Shown: positions 1-9,699, numbered from the stretch's first letter. The stretch is DNA of 64,000 nt from Promethearchaeota archaeon (GCA_019057795.1 JAHLWS010000073.1:64001-128000); one strand, 5' to 3'. Numbers and translations: made by a program. The notes: a model not told the origin generated them from the sequence alone.

Positions 1-691
1 GCTTGATTGGGCTAGCCTTATGATTCTTTTCTATTTCTGGTTTACTATATTTGCCTATAATGTCGTTAAAGTCCATACCTATAAGATATAATTCGTGTTT
101 AGGTAAAAGTAAAGACGATATAAAAGATATAATCCTATCCCCATCAGTAAAACCGCCAGAATTAACTAGATTTTCAACTGGTTCTACTTGGGTTGTTCCT
201 ATAACATTTGGAAAGTTGATTATTTCGCTCTTAAAATGTTTTAGGCAAATTATATTATCTCCGTGAGCATGGACTATTATGAATTTTGAATGTTTAAAAT
301 CTCGCTTAGTAATACCATCTAAGTCAGTAAAGATTCCATCTATTTGAATTTTCCTTTCTGTTAATAATCGGGCGGCCCCATCCGCTGCTAAATTCACCCA
401 ATTATTGAAAATCTTTTTCTCCCGTATTTTTAGAATGTAATCAATAGTTTCTTCAAGCGAAGGGCCGCATCCATAAATGAAAATTCTCTTCTTCTTTTGA
501 ATAAGGCATTTAAAAGAAAGTAGCACTTTCTCAAGTTTCCAATTTTCATTTTTTTCTTCTAAAATTCTAGATAAAAACTCTCTCGCTTCACAATCTTTTT
601 GATAGTTAAAATTAAAATCTTGTAGTATCTTAATATACCACTGTTTAAATTCAACAAATGAATCTATCCGTTTCTTAAGTGAATGTTTCAT
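1..691 (-). CDS. mptE: 6-hydroxymethyl-7,8-dihydropterin pyrophosphokinase (MptE/DUF115), 3' end runs off the window
   Basis: Not in ORF track. Manual translation from ATG at 691 gives MKHSLKKR...IYGCGPSLEE...AADGAA...FTDLDG...VHAHGDN...GTTQ...GGFTDGDR, the MptE signature motifs. Confidence 0.85.
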   Translation of the reverse strand, partial: MKHSLKKRIDSFVEFKQWYIKILQDFNFNYQKDCEAREFLSRILEEKNENWKLEKVLLSFKCLIQKKKRIFIYGCGPSLEETIDYILKIREKKIFNNWVNLAADGAARLLTERKIQIDGIFTDLDGITKRDFKHSKFIIVHAHGDNIICLKHFKSEIINFPNVIGTTQVEPVENLVNSGGFTDGDRIISFISSLLLPKHELYLIGMDFNDIIGKYSKPEIEKNHKASPIK

Positions 692-828
692 CTATATCGT
701 TGTTTTGTTTTTAAAATTTTTCTGGAATAAAAAAATTTTAAATCTATTATATAATTAGTTTTATCATACACTTAAATTCGATATTATAAAAATTTATAAA
801 ATTTTAAACAAAAAGTTGAATATAAAAC

Positions 829-1230
829 ATGACGATTTGGTATACTAAAACCCACCAATGGTATAATGATGAAAATGGTGAAGTAGGACTTACTCCTTTT
901 GCAGCTGAGCAATTAGGAGAAATCTCTTTTGTTGATGTTGATGCACTTGAAGGTGCTGAACTTACTCAGCTAACTATGGATGGAGATGAACCAACTTCAG
1001 ATCCAATTGACGCCACAGTTGAGTCAAGTAAAGCTGTTGGAGATATATATAGTCCGGTCTCTGGAACAGTTAAAGAAGTAAATGGCGATTTGATGGACGA
1101 GCCTGAGAAAATTAACGAAGCTGCCTTCTCTGCTTGGTTGTATAAGATCGATGCATCAAATTGGGACGCAGAAAAAGGCAATTTATTAGACGAAGCCGCC
1201 TATAAAGCGTTTACAGACTCGCTTAAATAA
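829..1230 (+). CDS. gcvH: Glycine cleavage system H protein (lipoyl carrier)
   Basis: YTKTHQW, VGLTPFAAEQLGEI, lipoyl motif VESSKAVGDIYSPVSGTV, EPEKIN, WLYKI. Confidence 0.92.
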   Translation: MTIWYTKTHQWYNDENGEVGLTPFAAEQLGEISFVDVDALEGAELTQLTMDGDEPTSDPIDATVESSKAVGDIYSPVSGTVKEVNGDLMDEPEKINEAAFSAWLYKIDASNWDAEKGNLLDEAAYKAFTDSLK

Positions 1231-1449
1231 ATCAAGTTTTTAGTCTTACTTAGAAAATTTATAATTTTTACTTTTTTTTATTTTTCTGTGAAAACTTTTG
1301 AACTACTTCAATAAGTTCAACTTGAGTATTAATGGATTTGCTTCTAAAAATGAGTATTTTTCATCAACGACATCTGAGATTTAACTATTTGAAGCTTAGC
1401 ATAATAAATAAATATAAAGAGTTTTATTCTATTTAGGGCAAAACCGGTA

Positions 1450-1980
1450 TTACACATTAAATAATGTTTGACCAAGTTTAATCGTAATCATTGCTTGTAA
1501 TGTAATAAAAGCAATTAAAATTAAAAGAATCCCTGCAATTAAATACCTTATTGCAATATTCTTGTTATAAACATATTGAGATGCTAGGTATAAAAAAATA
1601 AAGCCTAAAGAACACAAAAAAATAAAAATTGAAGCGACAATTCCTTCAATTATAAACGATTCATTAATGTCAGGATAAAGAAACATAGGATCACCCGTTG
1701 TTGGATTAGCTCCCATTGCTGGAGGGTCTCTAATTATTAAATATACAATTCCAGTTTGTAAAAGAAACAAAGCAATATAAACCACTATCGCAGAGATTGA
1801 TTTTCCTGGAAGAGGCATATCCATTCTAGGCCTTTTTATATCAGGAAACAATAATTTAGGTTTTCTTAGTGTTTTACCAAAAACCCAAGGAGTTTTATCT
1901 TTGATTTTTTCAAAAACAGTCTCTGAGCCAATAACTTCTTCTTTAACAAGCTTAGTTTTCGTGCTTCTTTCTTTTTGCAT
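1450..1980 (-). CDS. OSTC/DC2 (OST3/OST6 family C-terminal) oligosaccharyltransferase subunit-like membrane protein
   Basis: Three TM helices with GIVYLIIRDPPAMG...FLYPDINESFIIEGIVASIFIFLCSLGFIFL, resembling DC2/OSTC (GIIYDVIVEPP...QYIMEGLASSFLF...LGFIIL). Confidence 0.75.
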   Translation of the reverse strand: MQKERSTKTKLVKEEVIGSETVFEKIKDKTPWVFGKTLRKPKLLFPDIKRPRMDMPLPGKSISAIVVYIALFLLQTGIVYLIIRDPPAMGANPTTGDPMFLYPDINESFIIEGIVASIFIFLCSLGFIFLYLASQYVYNKNIAIRYLIAGILLILIAFITLQAMITIKLGQTLFNV

Positions 1981-2066
1981 TATAATCTTAGAATTTTATT
2001 TTCTTTGTTTTATAAATTTCTTTTGAATTAAAATTTTTTTAAAAAAGAAATAATTATTCAAGTTAT

Positions 2067-3587
2067 TTAATCTAAATTTTTAAGTAAAGTTACTAAAAAT
2101 TTCCAGACTTTCTCTACGCTTCTTATCTTTAGCCTTTCGTCAGGAGAATGGCCTCCCAAAACATCAGGGCCAAAAGATATCATTTCCATCTCTGGAAAAT
2201 GCAAGTTGAAATAGGAGCATTCTAATCCCGCGTGAATAGCTTGAATTATAACTTCTTCGTCAAATAGTTCTTTATACACCGATTTAGATATACTCGTAAT
2301 TTTTGAGTCAAAATCCGGCGGCCAACTAGGATATTCAGTATCAATAGTTTTATTGAATTCTAAGCCAGACATCTTCAATAAAGTTGTAACTTTTTCATGG
2401 ATAATATCTTTGTCATACTGGGCCAAACTCCTTTGACTTATTTGAAATTCAATAAAATCTTCAAGTGTTTTTATCGACGCTAAATTAGAAGACGTATGAA
2501 CTAATCCTTTACTCGTCGGATGTAGAGAAATGGGTCCATTAGGCATCAAATATAACAAGTTTAATAATTTATCTTGAATTTCTTTAGTCAATACGAGATC
2601 ATCTGTAAATGCATCTAATTTTTCGAAAGAAATCTTAAAATTTGGTTCGATTTCATTATACAACTTTTGAATGTTTAATTTCAACTTTTTTATATAAGAA
2701 TCAATTTCTGTAAACTTATTTTTATTAATAAAAATAATAGCACGACATTCTCTTGGAATAGCATTCGATAGATTACCCCCTTTTAAAGAATTGAGAGAAA
2801 TTTTATATTTTTTATTCAATTTCCATAAAATTTGGGCAACTATTTTTAGCGCATTACTTCGACCTTTGTGAATATCTCCGCCTGAATGCCCCCCAACTAA
2901 ACCAGTCACGGAAATTTTAGTTGGTGTTAAATTAGCATCAATACTATTTATCTTTGTTTTTTCTCTTTTTATCTTTACAGTAAATGTTATACCTCCCGCA
3001 CAACCAATTGTGAAACGGTCATCTTCTTCCGAATCAAGATTTAATAGATATTTTCCTCTAATCAGGTCTTTACTTATTTGACTCGCGCCCGTAAGGGCTC
3101 TCTCTTCATCTACAGTAAATAATAAGTCTAAATCAATTGAATCAAAATTTAAACTACCATCGTGGATTTTCTTCATAATAGCAAGCTGATACGCGATCCC
3201 CACGCCATTATCCGCTCCCAATGTTGTCCCTTCCGCAGTTAACCATCTTTCACCTTCAATTTCAACGGTTTTTAATTTTAATGGATCTTTTAAGAAATCG
3301 TGAATAACATCTTCATTCTTTTCACACACCATATCCATGTGACTCTGCAAAACTACTCCTAAACACTTTGAATTAGATCCTAATTTGGACGGAATTCGCA
3401 CAACAATATTTTTTATTTGGTCAACCTCAGTTTGAAAACCTAATTTCTCAGCTTCTTTCTTGATATATTCTCTCATCTGATCTTCGTGAGCTGAGCATCG
3501 AGGAATTTTTGTGATTTGATAAAAATATTGCCAAAACTCTAAAGGCTCGCCAAGGTTTTTTAAATTTTCCATAATTCTCGCTTCCAA
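2067..3587 (-). CDS. pepD: Aminoacyl-histidine dipeptidase (M20C peptidase)
   Basis: LQSHMDMVCEK, TTLGADNGVG, TVDEE, NLDSEE, GGHSG, IHAGLECS, HSPDE motifs. Confidence 0.95.
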   Translation of the reverse strand: MEARIMENLKNLGEPLEFWQYFYQITKIPRCSAHEDQMREYIKKEAEKLGFQTEVDQIKNIVVRIPSKLGSNSKCLGVVLQSHMDMVCEKNEDVIHDFLKDPLKLKTVEIEGERWLTAEGTTLGADNGVGIAYQLAIMKKIHDGSLNFDSIDLDLLFTVDEERALTGASQISKDLIRGKYLLNLDSEEDDRFTIGCAGGITFTVKIKREKTKINSIDANLTPTKISVTGLVGGHSGGDIHKGRSNALKIVAQILWKLNKKYKISLNSLKGGNLSNAIPRECRAIIFINKNKFTEIDSYIKKLKLNIQKLYNEIEPNFKISFEKLDAFTDDLVLTKEIQDKLLNLLYLMPNGPISLHPTSKGLVHTSSNLASIKTLEDFIEFQISQRSLAQYDKDIIHEKVTTLLKMSGLEFNKTIDTEYPSWPPDFDSKITSISKSVYKELFDEEVIIQAIHAGLECSYFNLHFPEMEMISFGPDVLGGHSPDERLKIRSVEKVWKFLVTLLKNLD

Positions 3588-3671
3588 TGAAAATATAAAT
3601 ATGAATTATTTTTTATTATTTAATAAAAATAATATTTAATTCCTTATAATATTAATAAAAGAGGTAATTTA

Positions 3672-4784
3672 ATGAGTAGTTGGAAGGATCTCTATTCTGA
3701 AGTTAAACGGCGTAAAATGGAAGCGCTTGATAAAAAAGATATTGTAAAAGCAGTCGAGAAGCACGGCAGAATACTCGCGGTTGAAGGTCGCTATGAAAAA
3801 CCTAAAAAAGTAATAGACCATATGTATGCGGCAAAACATATAACCATTAAACCTACTGATATCATGAAGTATAATTTAAGTGATTACGATGTCGTGTTGA
3901 TAGGATGTCCAGGAGATAAAATCCCACATTCGGCTTTCCCTAAAATTAGTGAATATGTTTCGCTAAAAGGAGGGTGGATAATAACAACAGACTGGGCTAT
4001 AAAACATATTGTAGAAACGATATTCCCGGGTTATATCCGATGGAACGGAGAAAGAACTGCCGATGCTGTTGTTGCGTGCCAAATTCTTGAGCCAAATCAC
4101 CCTTTCTTAGATGGAGTAATAAGTGAAATACAACAAGCTAAATGGCAAAAAATGTCGTCAAAAGACACTAAAAAAACCGAATTTAAGTGGTGGCTTGAAA
4201 ATAGATCTTTTCCAATTCAAGTTCTTAATCCCTCCGTAAGAGTATTAATCTCTTCTCTGCGAATTCAGCAAAAATGGGGCCAAGCTCCCGTTTTGTGTTA
4301 TTTTGATCACGGTAAAACAGGAGGGCGCGTTATTCATTTAATTTCTCATACTCATCTACAAAAAGGCGGAGCAAAAGGTAAATACGCGTCAGCTTTAATA
4401 TTAACAAATATTTTAGATGAGAAAGTTTCTTTAAAGATGGGACTATCTGAAAAACCTGCTCAAGGTTACGTCTCAAACTGGGAGCAACCTCAACCTTATT
4501 CTCAGCAACAACAAATGGTTACACCTTCTCAAGATAGTTCGTTTTTAACCCCTTATAGTGCAAATACGGGGTTAACAGGGACCTCGCAAATAGTTGAAGT
4601 GGATGTAAATAGTAGTAATTTTTCTTTTGCAAATAAATGCAGTTATTGCGGCTATGATTTTGGTGATTACACAGGTAAAATATACATGTGCCAAGCATGT
4701 GGTACAAATTATCACGAAAACTGTCTTAACTTGCAGATTAATGAAGGTACTTGTAAAAATTGCGGCAAAATATTGCTTTGGTAA
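3672..4784 (+). CDS. Hypothetical protein: N-terminal alpha/beta (class I GATase-like) domain, Q/S-rich linker, C-terminal C4HC3 (PHD/RING-like) zinc finger
   Basis: 370-aa ORF with GAGGT SD; C-terminus CSYC-x13-CQAC-x4-H-x2-C-x9-CKNC. Confidence 0.7.
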   Translation: MSSWKDLYSEVKRRKMEALDKKDIVKAVEKHGRILAVEGRYEKPKKVIDHMYAAKHITIKPTDIMKYNLSDYDVVLIGCPGDKIPHSAFPKISEYVSLKGGWIITTDWAIKHIVETIFPGYIRWNGERTADAVVACQILEPNHPFLDGVISEIQQAKWQKMSSKDTKKTEFKWWLENRSFPIQVLNPSVRVLISSLRIQQKWGQAPVLCYFDHGKTGGRVIHLISHTHLQKGGAKGKYASALILTNILDEKVSLKMGLSEKPAQGYVSNWEQPQPYSQQQQMVTPSQDSSFLTPYSANTGLTGTSQIVEVDVNSSNFSFANKCSYCGYDFGDYTGKIYMCQACGTNYHENCLNLQINEGTCKNCGKILLW

Positions 4785-5091
4785 TTTGTGAATTAAAATA
4801 AATTTCCATTCAGAAATATTTTGTAATCGATAACTCAACATATTTTTTTATTCTTCTTATTCTTCTTAAAAACTTTAATCCTATAGGATTGTATTACACC
4901 GATATATCTTATCATATTTCGGTAATATATACAAATTTTCGTGAAAGGGGTGTTTCACGATCTGAATTATTAAGATAAAACTGGTAAAAGTGGTTGGATA
5001 CCGTTAAAAAATGTTAAAATAATTAAAAAAAATTTAATTTAAAAATAAAAAAAAGAGTTTTCTAAAAAATCTATGAGGAATTTTTTGAATT

Positions 5092-5289
5092 TTAATCCTC
5101 AGTTATTGTTATGCATTCTTCAGGGCATTGTGTCTCACATGCCATGCAACCAACGCAATCGTCTCTATTGTCTTCTATTATATTTACTTTTCCACCCTCA
5201 GGTTCTGCAAAACACTCACTTGGGCAGACTTCATAGCATGTTCCACATCCAGTGCAAGCATCCATATCAATTTTGATTCCGAATCCCAT
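5092..5289 (-). CDS. 2x[4Fe-4S] ferredoxin
   Basis: Two CxxCxxCxxxCP motifs in 65 aa; AGGT SD upstream. Confidence 0.93.
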   Translation of the reverse strand: MGFGIKIDMDACTGCGTCYEVCPSECFAEPEGGKVNIIEDNRDDCVGCMACETQCPEECITITED

Positions 5290-5462
5290 AATTTATTACC
5301 TATTTGTTGTTTTTGTTTCTTTTCGAAGTTTTTTTTTTCTGAATATAGATAAATTAATTATCTTTGATATGGAGAATTGCGTAAAAAATTTAAATTTCTT
5401 TCTTATTTTGGGAAATAATTGATAGAAGATTTTTTTCTTAAAAAAAAAAAGATATTATAAAT

Positions 5463-5927
5463 TTAAGGCAAATCAAGATTTTTTAAACCTAGGTAATACA
5501 AAATAGCCGTTAAGAACCCACCAATTATTCCACCATAAAAACCGGCATCAAACCACCACCAAACATCATCTAATTCCATCACCACGGCAAAAATAATACC
5601 CCCAATTAAGCTAAGAACAAATACCAGAGTTGACATAAAAAACCCATATTTAACATATTTCTTATCAGGGATTTTATCAGGAAATCTAAGTACAAGTATT
5701 GAAATACCCATACAGTATAAGAGCAAGAATCCTGATATCACTATTGGAATACCATAAATACTGTTCCACGCACCTATTCCTCCAAATATATAGACTCCAA
5801 GGTAATAATTTGAACCGTCCCATCCACCGAAATCTAAGGCTAAGAGCAAAATTCCACCAATAGCGCTGGTGATTAATGCCCCCATGAAAAAAATCGATGT
5901 TGGAACTTCACTTTTCTCTTTTGACAT
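5463..5927 (-). CDS. Hypothetical four-TM membrane protein
   Basis: 154 aa with four hydrophobic segments; GAGG SD. Confidence 0.75.
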   Translation of the reverse strand: MSKEKSEVPTSIFFMGALITSAIGGILLLALDFGGWDGSNYYLGVYIFGGIGAWNSIYGIPIVISGFLLLYCMGISILVLRFPDKIPDKKYVKYGFFMSTLVFVLSLIGGIIFAVVMELDDVWWWFDAGFYGGIIGGFLTAILYYLGLKNLDLP

Positions 5928-6069
5928 TTTTTATTCCTCTTTATTAAAAATTTTATTAATTAAAAAGAAATTTGATTTTAATTTTATTTATAATTATATT
6001 TTATAAAAAATAATTGATGTTTCAAAAAACATTTTCCTATATTGAAATAACAGTCTAGCAATAGTAATA

Positions 6070-7191
6070 ATGATGTTTGTTAAAGAACGATGGGATTTCC
6101 TTAATAGCGAGTCAATTCTTGGGATTGAAGTAGGAGATATTAATAATAACGGAAGCTATGAAATTGTTGCTTTTTCTAAATCGGGTAAAATTCTTATACT
6201 TTCTATGAAAGGTAAATTAATTTCTGAATTAGAAATCTCAGAGAATTCCTCTATTTGGCAAGCAAAAATATGCGACATAGATCGCGATAATAAAAATGAA
6301 GTTATTTTTAGTGGTTTAGATGGTTTATTAAGAGTGTTTAAATGTAGTCCCTCCTATGAATTGAAACCTTTTTGGGCACATCAATTTGGTGCATCTATTA
6401 GCGGGTTCTTGTTTGAGGACATAAACGACAATAACACAGACGAAATCATCGCGTATTCGATAGATAAAAGCTTAAGAGTTTTAAACCCTATTAATGGATC
6501 TTTAATATGGGGTCAAATCTTTGAAGATGGAATAGGTGACGCTATAATTTATCGAGATTCTACTGACTTTGGAACAAAGGAAGTAATTGCATGTGGAAAT
6601 GATGGCTCAATCAGAGTTTTTAAGGGAAAGGATGGAGATTTAGTCTGGATTAAACGATTTAAAGATAAAATTCGTTGCGTTTCGATTTTTAAATCAAAAA
6701 ATAGAGAATTGGTTGTATGTGGAGGAGATGATAAAAAACTCCACTTAATTGATAAAATTACTCAAGAAGAAATTAAATCAATTCAATTCGACGATTATGT
6801 CTGGAAATGCTTTTCGTTTCTTCATAATGACGAAAATTATTTAGTAGTAAGTACTTATTCGTTTGAATATTTTGACGAGTCTCTTAATATCGAAGATATC
6901 GAATTCAGCTCAAAACTTATGTGCTGGAACAAAAAATTAGAAAAAAAATGGGACATAACGCACATAAATACAGAATGCTTGATTCAAACTAAAATAGATT
7001 CGAATAGTTATATTGTATTAGGAACAACTAAGGGGAAATTATTGATCATTGACGAAGTTTCTGGCAAAATTATTACTAAAATTCAAAAAAAATCGTGTTT
7101 AAACGACCTAAAATACGATTTGAAATCAAATATCTTAATTGCCTGTCATGATAACGGTTCAATATTCGCTTACTTTTTAGCGGAGTCTTAA
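6070..7191 (+). CDS. WD40/FG-GAP-like beta-propeller protein
   Basis: Repeated DxxxDxxxE(I/V) blades (GDINNNGSYEIV, CDIDRDNKNEVI, EDINDNNTDEII) and DGxIRVF / DDKKLHL motifs. Confidence 0.8.
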   Translation: MMFVKERWDFLNSESILGIEVGDINNNGSYEIVAFSKSGKILILSMKGKLISELEISENSSIWQAKICDIDRDNKNEVIFSGLDGLLRVFKCSPSYELKPFWAHQFGASISGFLFEDINDNNTDEIIAYSIDKSLRVLNPINGSLIWGQIFEDGIGDAIIYRDSTDFGTKEVIACGNDGSIRVFKGKDGDLVWIKRFKDKIRCVSIFKSKNRELVVCGGDDKKLHLIDKITQEEIKSIQFDDYVWKCFSFLHNDENYLVVSTYSFEYFDESLNIEDIEFSSKLMCWNKKLEKKWDITHINTECLIQTKIDSNSYIVLGTTKGKLLIIDEVSGKIITKIQKKSCLNDLKYDLKSNILIACHDNGSIFAYFLAES

Positions 7192-7229
7192 CTTTGATAT
7201 TTAAATAAAAATTTTTTAAACGAATAACT

Positions 7230-7970
7230 ATGTGTCGTATGTTTTTTCAGTGTTCGCTTGAACCCTTTCAAATTGATTTTAAAATTTTAAAAAAATTTGT
7301 AGCCTCGTGCCATTGGCATTATTTAAGGAAGTATAATCTTTTTGGGCACCATGGATTGGGTTGGGGCTTCGCTTATATCTCTGAAGGTGACAACAAACTC
7401 GTAATAAAGCGAGATATAACTCAAATATACTACGCGGACTGGAAAAACCTCACTAAGATTAAAACTCGTTTCCTTTTAGTCCACGCGAGAAAAACCCTCC
7501 CTTGGAAAAAGAACTTTAGAGACGTACATCCTATAGATATTGGTGAGAAATACATCATAACTCATAATGGAATTATAAAAGGCTTTCCAGATAAAAAATT
7601 AAAAAACCCAAAATTGGAAAAAATTTATAGTAAAACTAACTTGGACACTCGAAAATATCTATGTGCTATTATTGACGAACTACAAGAAGGTAAAAGTTTA
7701 AAGAATACCTTGGAAACCCTTTTTAAAGAGATTGAGATAGGTGCTGGCGCGAACGCATTTCTATTTAATTCGCACACCTGCAATGTCATCACTAATCATA
7801 AAACTAATTTTAACGGCAGGCACCACACCTTATTTTTAAGAAAAAAACAAAAAGAAATCCTTGTAAGCACTACTCCCTTAACTGAGAATGCAAAAGAAAT
7901 TCCTAATTACTCTTTAATTCAAATTGATTTAAATAATCTAAACCTGAATGCTATGAAATTAGAATTTTAG
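7230..7970 (+). CDS. Class II glutamine amidotransferase (Ntn hydrolase) family protein
   Basis: N-terminal MCRM with nucleophile Cys2, GWGFAY, VHARK, HP, HNGII. Confidence 0.85.
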   Translation: MCRMFFQCSLEPFQIDFKILKKFVASCHWHYLRKYNLFGHHGLGWGFAYISEGDNKLVIKRDITQIYYADWKNLTKIKTRFLLVHARKTLPWKKNFRDVHPIDIGEKYIITHNGIIKGFPDKKLKNPKLEKIYSKTNLDTRKYLCAIIDELQEGKSLKNTLETLFKEIEIGAGANAFLFNSHTCNVITNHKTNFNGRHHTLFLRKKQKEILVSTTPLTENAKEIPNYSLIQIDLNNLNLNAMKLEF

Positions 7971-8025
7971 GTATAAATATATAATTTTAAATAAAAAAAA
8001 ATAAAAAAGGTTAATTATATCCTTT

Positions 8026-8374
8026 CTACTCTCCAGATTCTTCTTCAGCAGCTAATTCTTCCTCTAATTCTTCCAATGGAACGGGTGCCGGTGTTTAACT
8101 TGAATTCTGCGATATGCACGAATCCTGTAAGCATACTGTACCCGATCCATATAGCAATAATTGCTATTAATAATACCATAATCCAGAGTGGTAGAACTGT
8201 GAATAATCTCCAATCGAGCCAATCGATATTAAATATTCGGAAGACAGCGTCCCAATTTGGGTCCCCACCAAGAGTGCCAAACCATAAATCAACGACGCTT
8301 CCCAGAGTATAAACTACCGCGATAAGGATACCAAGGAGCATGACGATTGCGCCAATTATCTTATCTTTTGCCAT
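8026..8374 (-). CDS. Two-TM membrane protein (DPM2-like, 105 aa), spliced: exons 8374-8127 and 8095-8026
   Basis: Removing a 31-nt BHB insert gives ...WIGYSMLTTPAPVPLEELEEELAAEEESGE*, the C-terminus typical of this archaeal family (WIGYT.ATTPPP.PIEE.EEE). Exons 248+70=318 nt. Confidence 0.85.
8096..8126 (-). other. 31-nt BHB intron in a protein-coding gene
   Basis: Central helix GCTT/AAGT, bulges AC^A and TA^A, inner helix GGATTC/GAATTC, imperfect exonic outer helix; removal restores the frame. Confidence 0.85.
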
Positions 8375-8488
8375 TATCAATACCTTTGTTTTAAGTTTTT
8401 AGTATATTTTTTCAAGCACATTTACATTGCTTAATATTATTTTTAAAATTATATTAAATTAAAACCATTCGTTAAAGGACGAATTTTT

Positions 8489-8650
8489 ATGGATTACAAA
8501 ATCCTTAATGCCCTTAAAACTGGGCTTTCAGCTGATATTTGGCACCTCAAGCATTTTCGAACTCATAACGAAATTTTTTCTAACATTTATGAACCCAAAC
8601 CACTTTCTGATAGACTTAGAAAAGTACTCTTTAATTGTGATGTTTCATAA
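8489..8650 (+). CDS. Small hypothetical protein (53 aa)
   Basis: ATG...TAA ORF MDYKILNALKTGLSADIWHLKHF... with AAGGA upstream; lies between the DPM2-like gene and rbsK. Confidence 0.4.
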   Translation: MDYKILNALKTGLSADIWHLKHFRTHNEIFSNIYEPKPLSDRLRKVLFNCDVS

Positions 8651-8707
8651 ATTGATAATATAATGCGAAGAGAGTTCGAAAAATCGCGATTTTAAAGTGG
8701 TAAAATT

Positions 8708-9679
8708 ATGTCAAATAGCAACCAATACGTTCTAATTATTGGTTCGAGTAATATGGATTTAAACATATACTCGCAACGGTTACCGGAACCTGGTGAAACT
8801 GTAACTGGGGGCACATTTAAGCAATTCCTGGGAGGAAAAGGTGCGAATCAAGCGGTAGCTTCTGTGAGATCGGGGGCTAATACTATTTTTATTGGTAAAG
8901 TCGGCATAGATTCGTACGGAGACCAAATGATTTCTCAATTAAACAATGAAGGCGTGGACATAGAACATATTATAAGGGATCCTTACGAATCGAGCGGAAT
9001 CGCTTTTATAATGATAGACGAAAACGGAGAGAACGTGATTAGTGTAGCTCCTGGGGCAAATTTCAATTTAACGCCAGAAGACATTCGAATTAATTCCGAA
9101 GTCATTAAAGACGCTAACGCTTTGATCGTTCAGATGGAAATTCCCATTGATTCAATTGAAGAAATTTTTAAAATAGCAGTTCAAGGGAAGGCTGTAAAAA
9201 TTCTTAATCCTGCGCCGTTAAAACCTATAAGTTTATCAATTTTGAGAAATATTGATGTAATAATCCCCAACGAGGGAGAACTACTACGTTTACATTCGCT
9301 TCTAAATCTTAAAGAGTTAGTTGGCAAATCTAAAGGTAAAATTATTCAAGCTTCAAAAGATATTTCAAAATTAGGAGTTAAAACAATCGTAACTACATTA
9401 GGTAGTAAAGGATGTATGGTATATAGCGCTATAGAAGATAAAATTACTGAAATACCCGCTTTTAAGGTTAAACCCGTTGATACAGTAGGCGCTGGAGATT
9501 GCTTCAACGGAGTTTTAGCAAGCAAGTTAAATCAAGGGGAAGATTTAATCACTTCGGTAAAGTATGCAACAGTTGCTGCCTCAATAGCAGTAACGAGGAA
9601 AGGAGCGCAAGAATCAATGCCATTTATTGATGAAATTGAAGCACGCTTCAAAAAATATATAGATATTTATGTGATATAG
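8708..9679 (+). CDS. rbsK: Ribokinase (PfkB family)
   Basis: GSSNMDL, PGETV, GGKGANQAVA, PNEGE, DTVGAGDCFNG, GAQESMP. Confidence 0.95.
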   Translation: MSNSNQYVLIIGSSNMDLNIYSQRLPEPGETVTGGTFKQFLGGKGANQAVASVRSGANTIFIGKVGIDSYGDQMISQLNNEGVDIEHIIRDPYESSGIAFIMIDENGENVISVAPGANFNLTPEDIRINSEVIKDANALIVQMEIPIDSIEEIFKIAVQGKAVKILNPAPLKPISLSILRNIDVIIPNEGELLRLHSLLNLKELVGKSKGKIIQASKDISKLGVKTIVTTLGSKGCMVYSAIEDKITEIPAFKVKPVDTVGAGDCFNGVLASKLNQGEDLITSVKYATVAASIAVTRKGAQESMPFIDEIEARFKKYIDIYVI

Positions 9680-9699
9680 ACAATGTAGGTGTTAAAAAG

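Noticed and set aside
965-1010. GcvH insertion (LTMDGDEPTSDPI) as an in-frame intron
   Set aside because: No BHB geometry found; it reads as normal acidic coding sequence.
4939-4960. Perfect 8-bp hairpin TCGTGAAA/TTTCACGA downstream of the ferredoxin as a SECIS
   Set aside because: No AUGA/GA core or apical AA, and neither flanking gene has an in-frame UGA. At most a terminator or operator.
8076-8312. Antisense and shadow ORFs from the track (e.g. 51-266, 966-1181, 8076-8312, 12363-12770, 13440-13793, 43956-44480, 54242-54868)
   Set aside because: They overlap well-supported genes on the opposite strand or in another frame and have no recognisable motifs.
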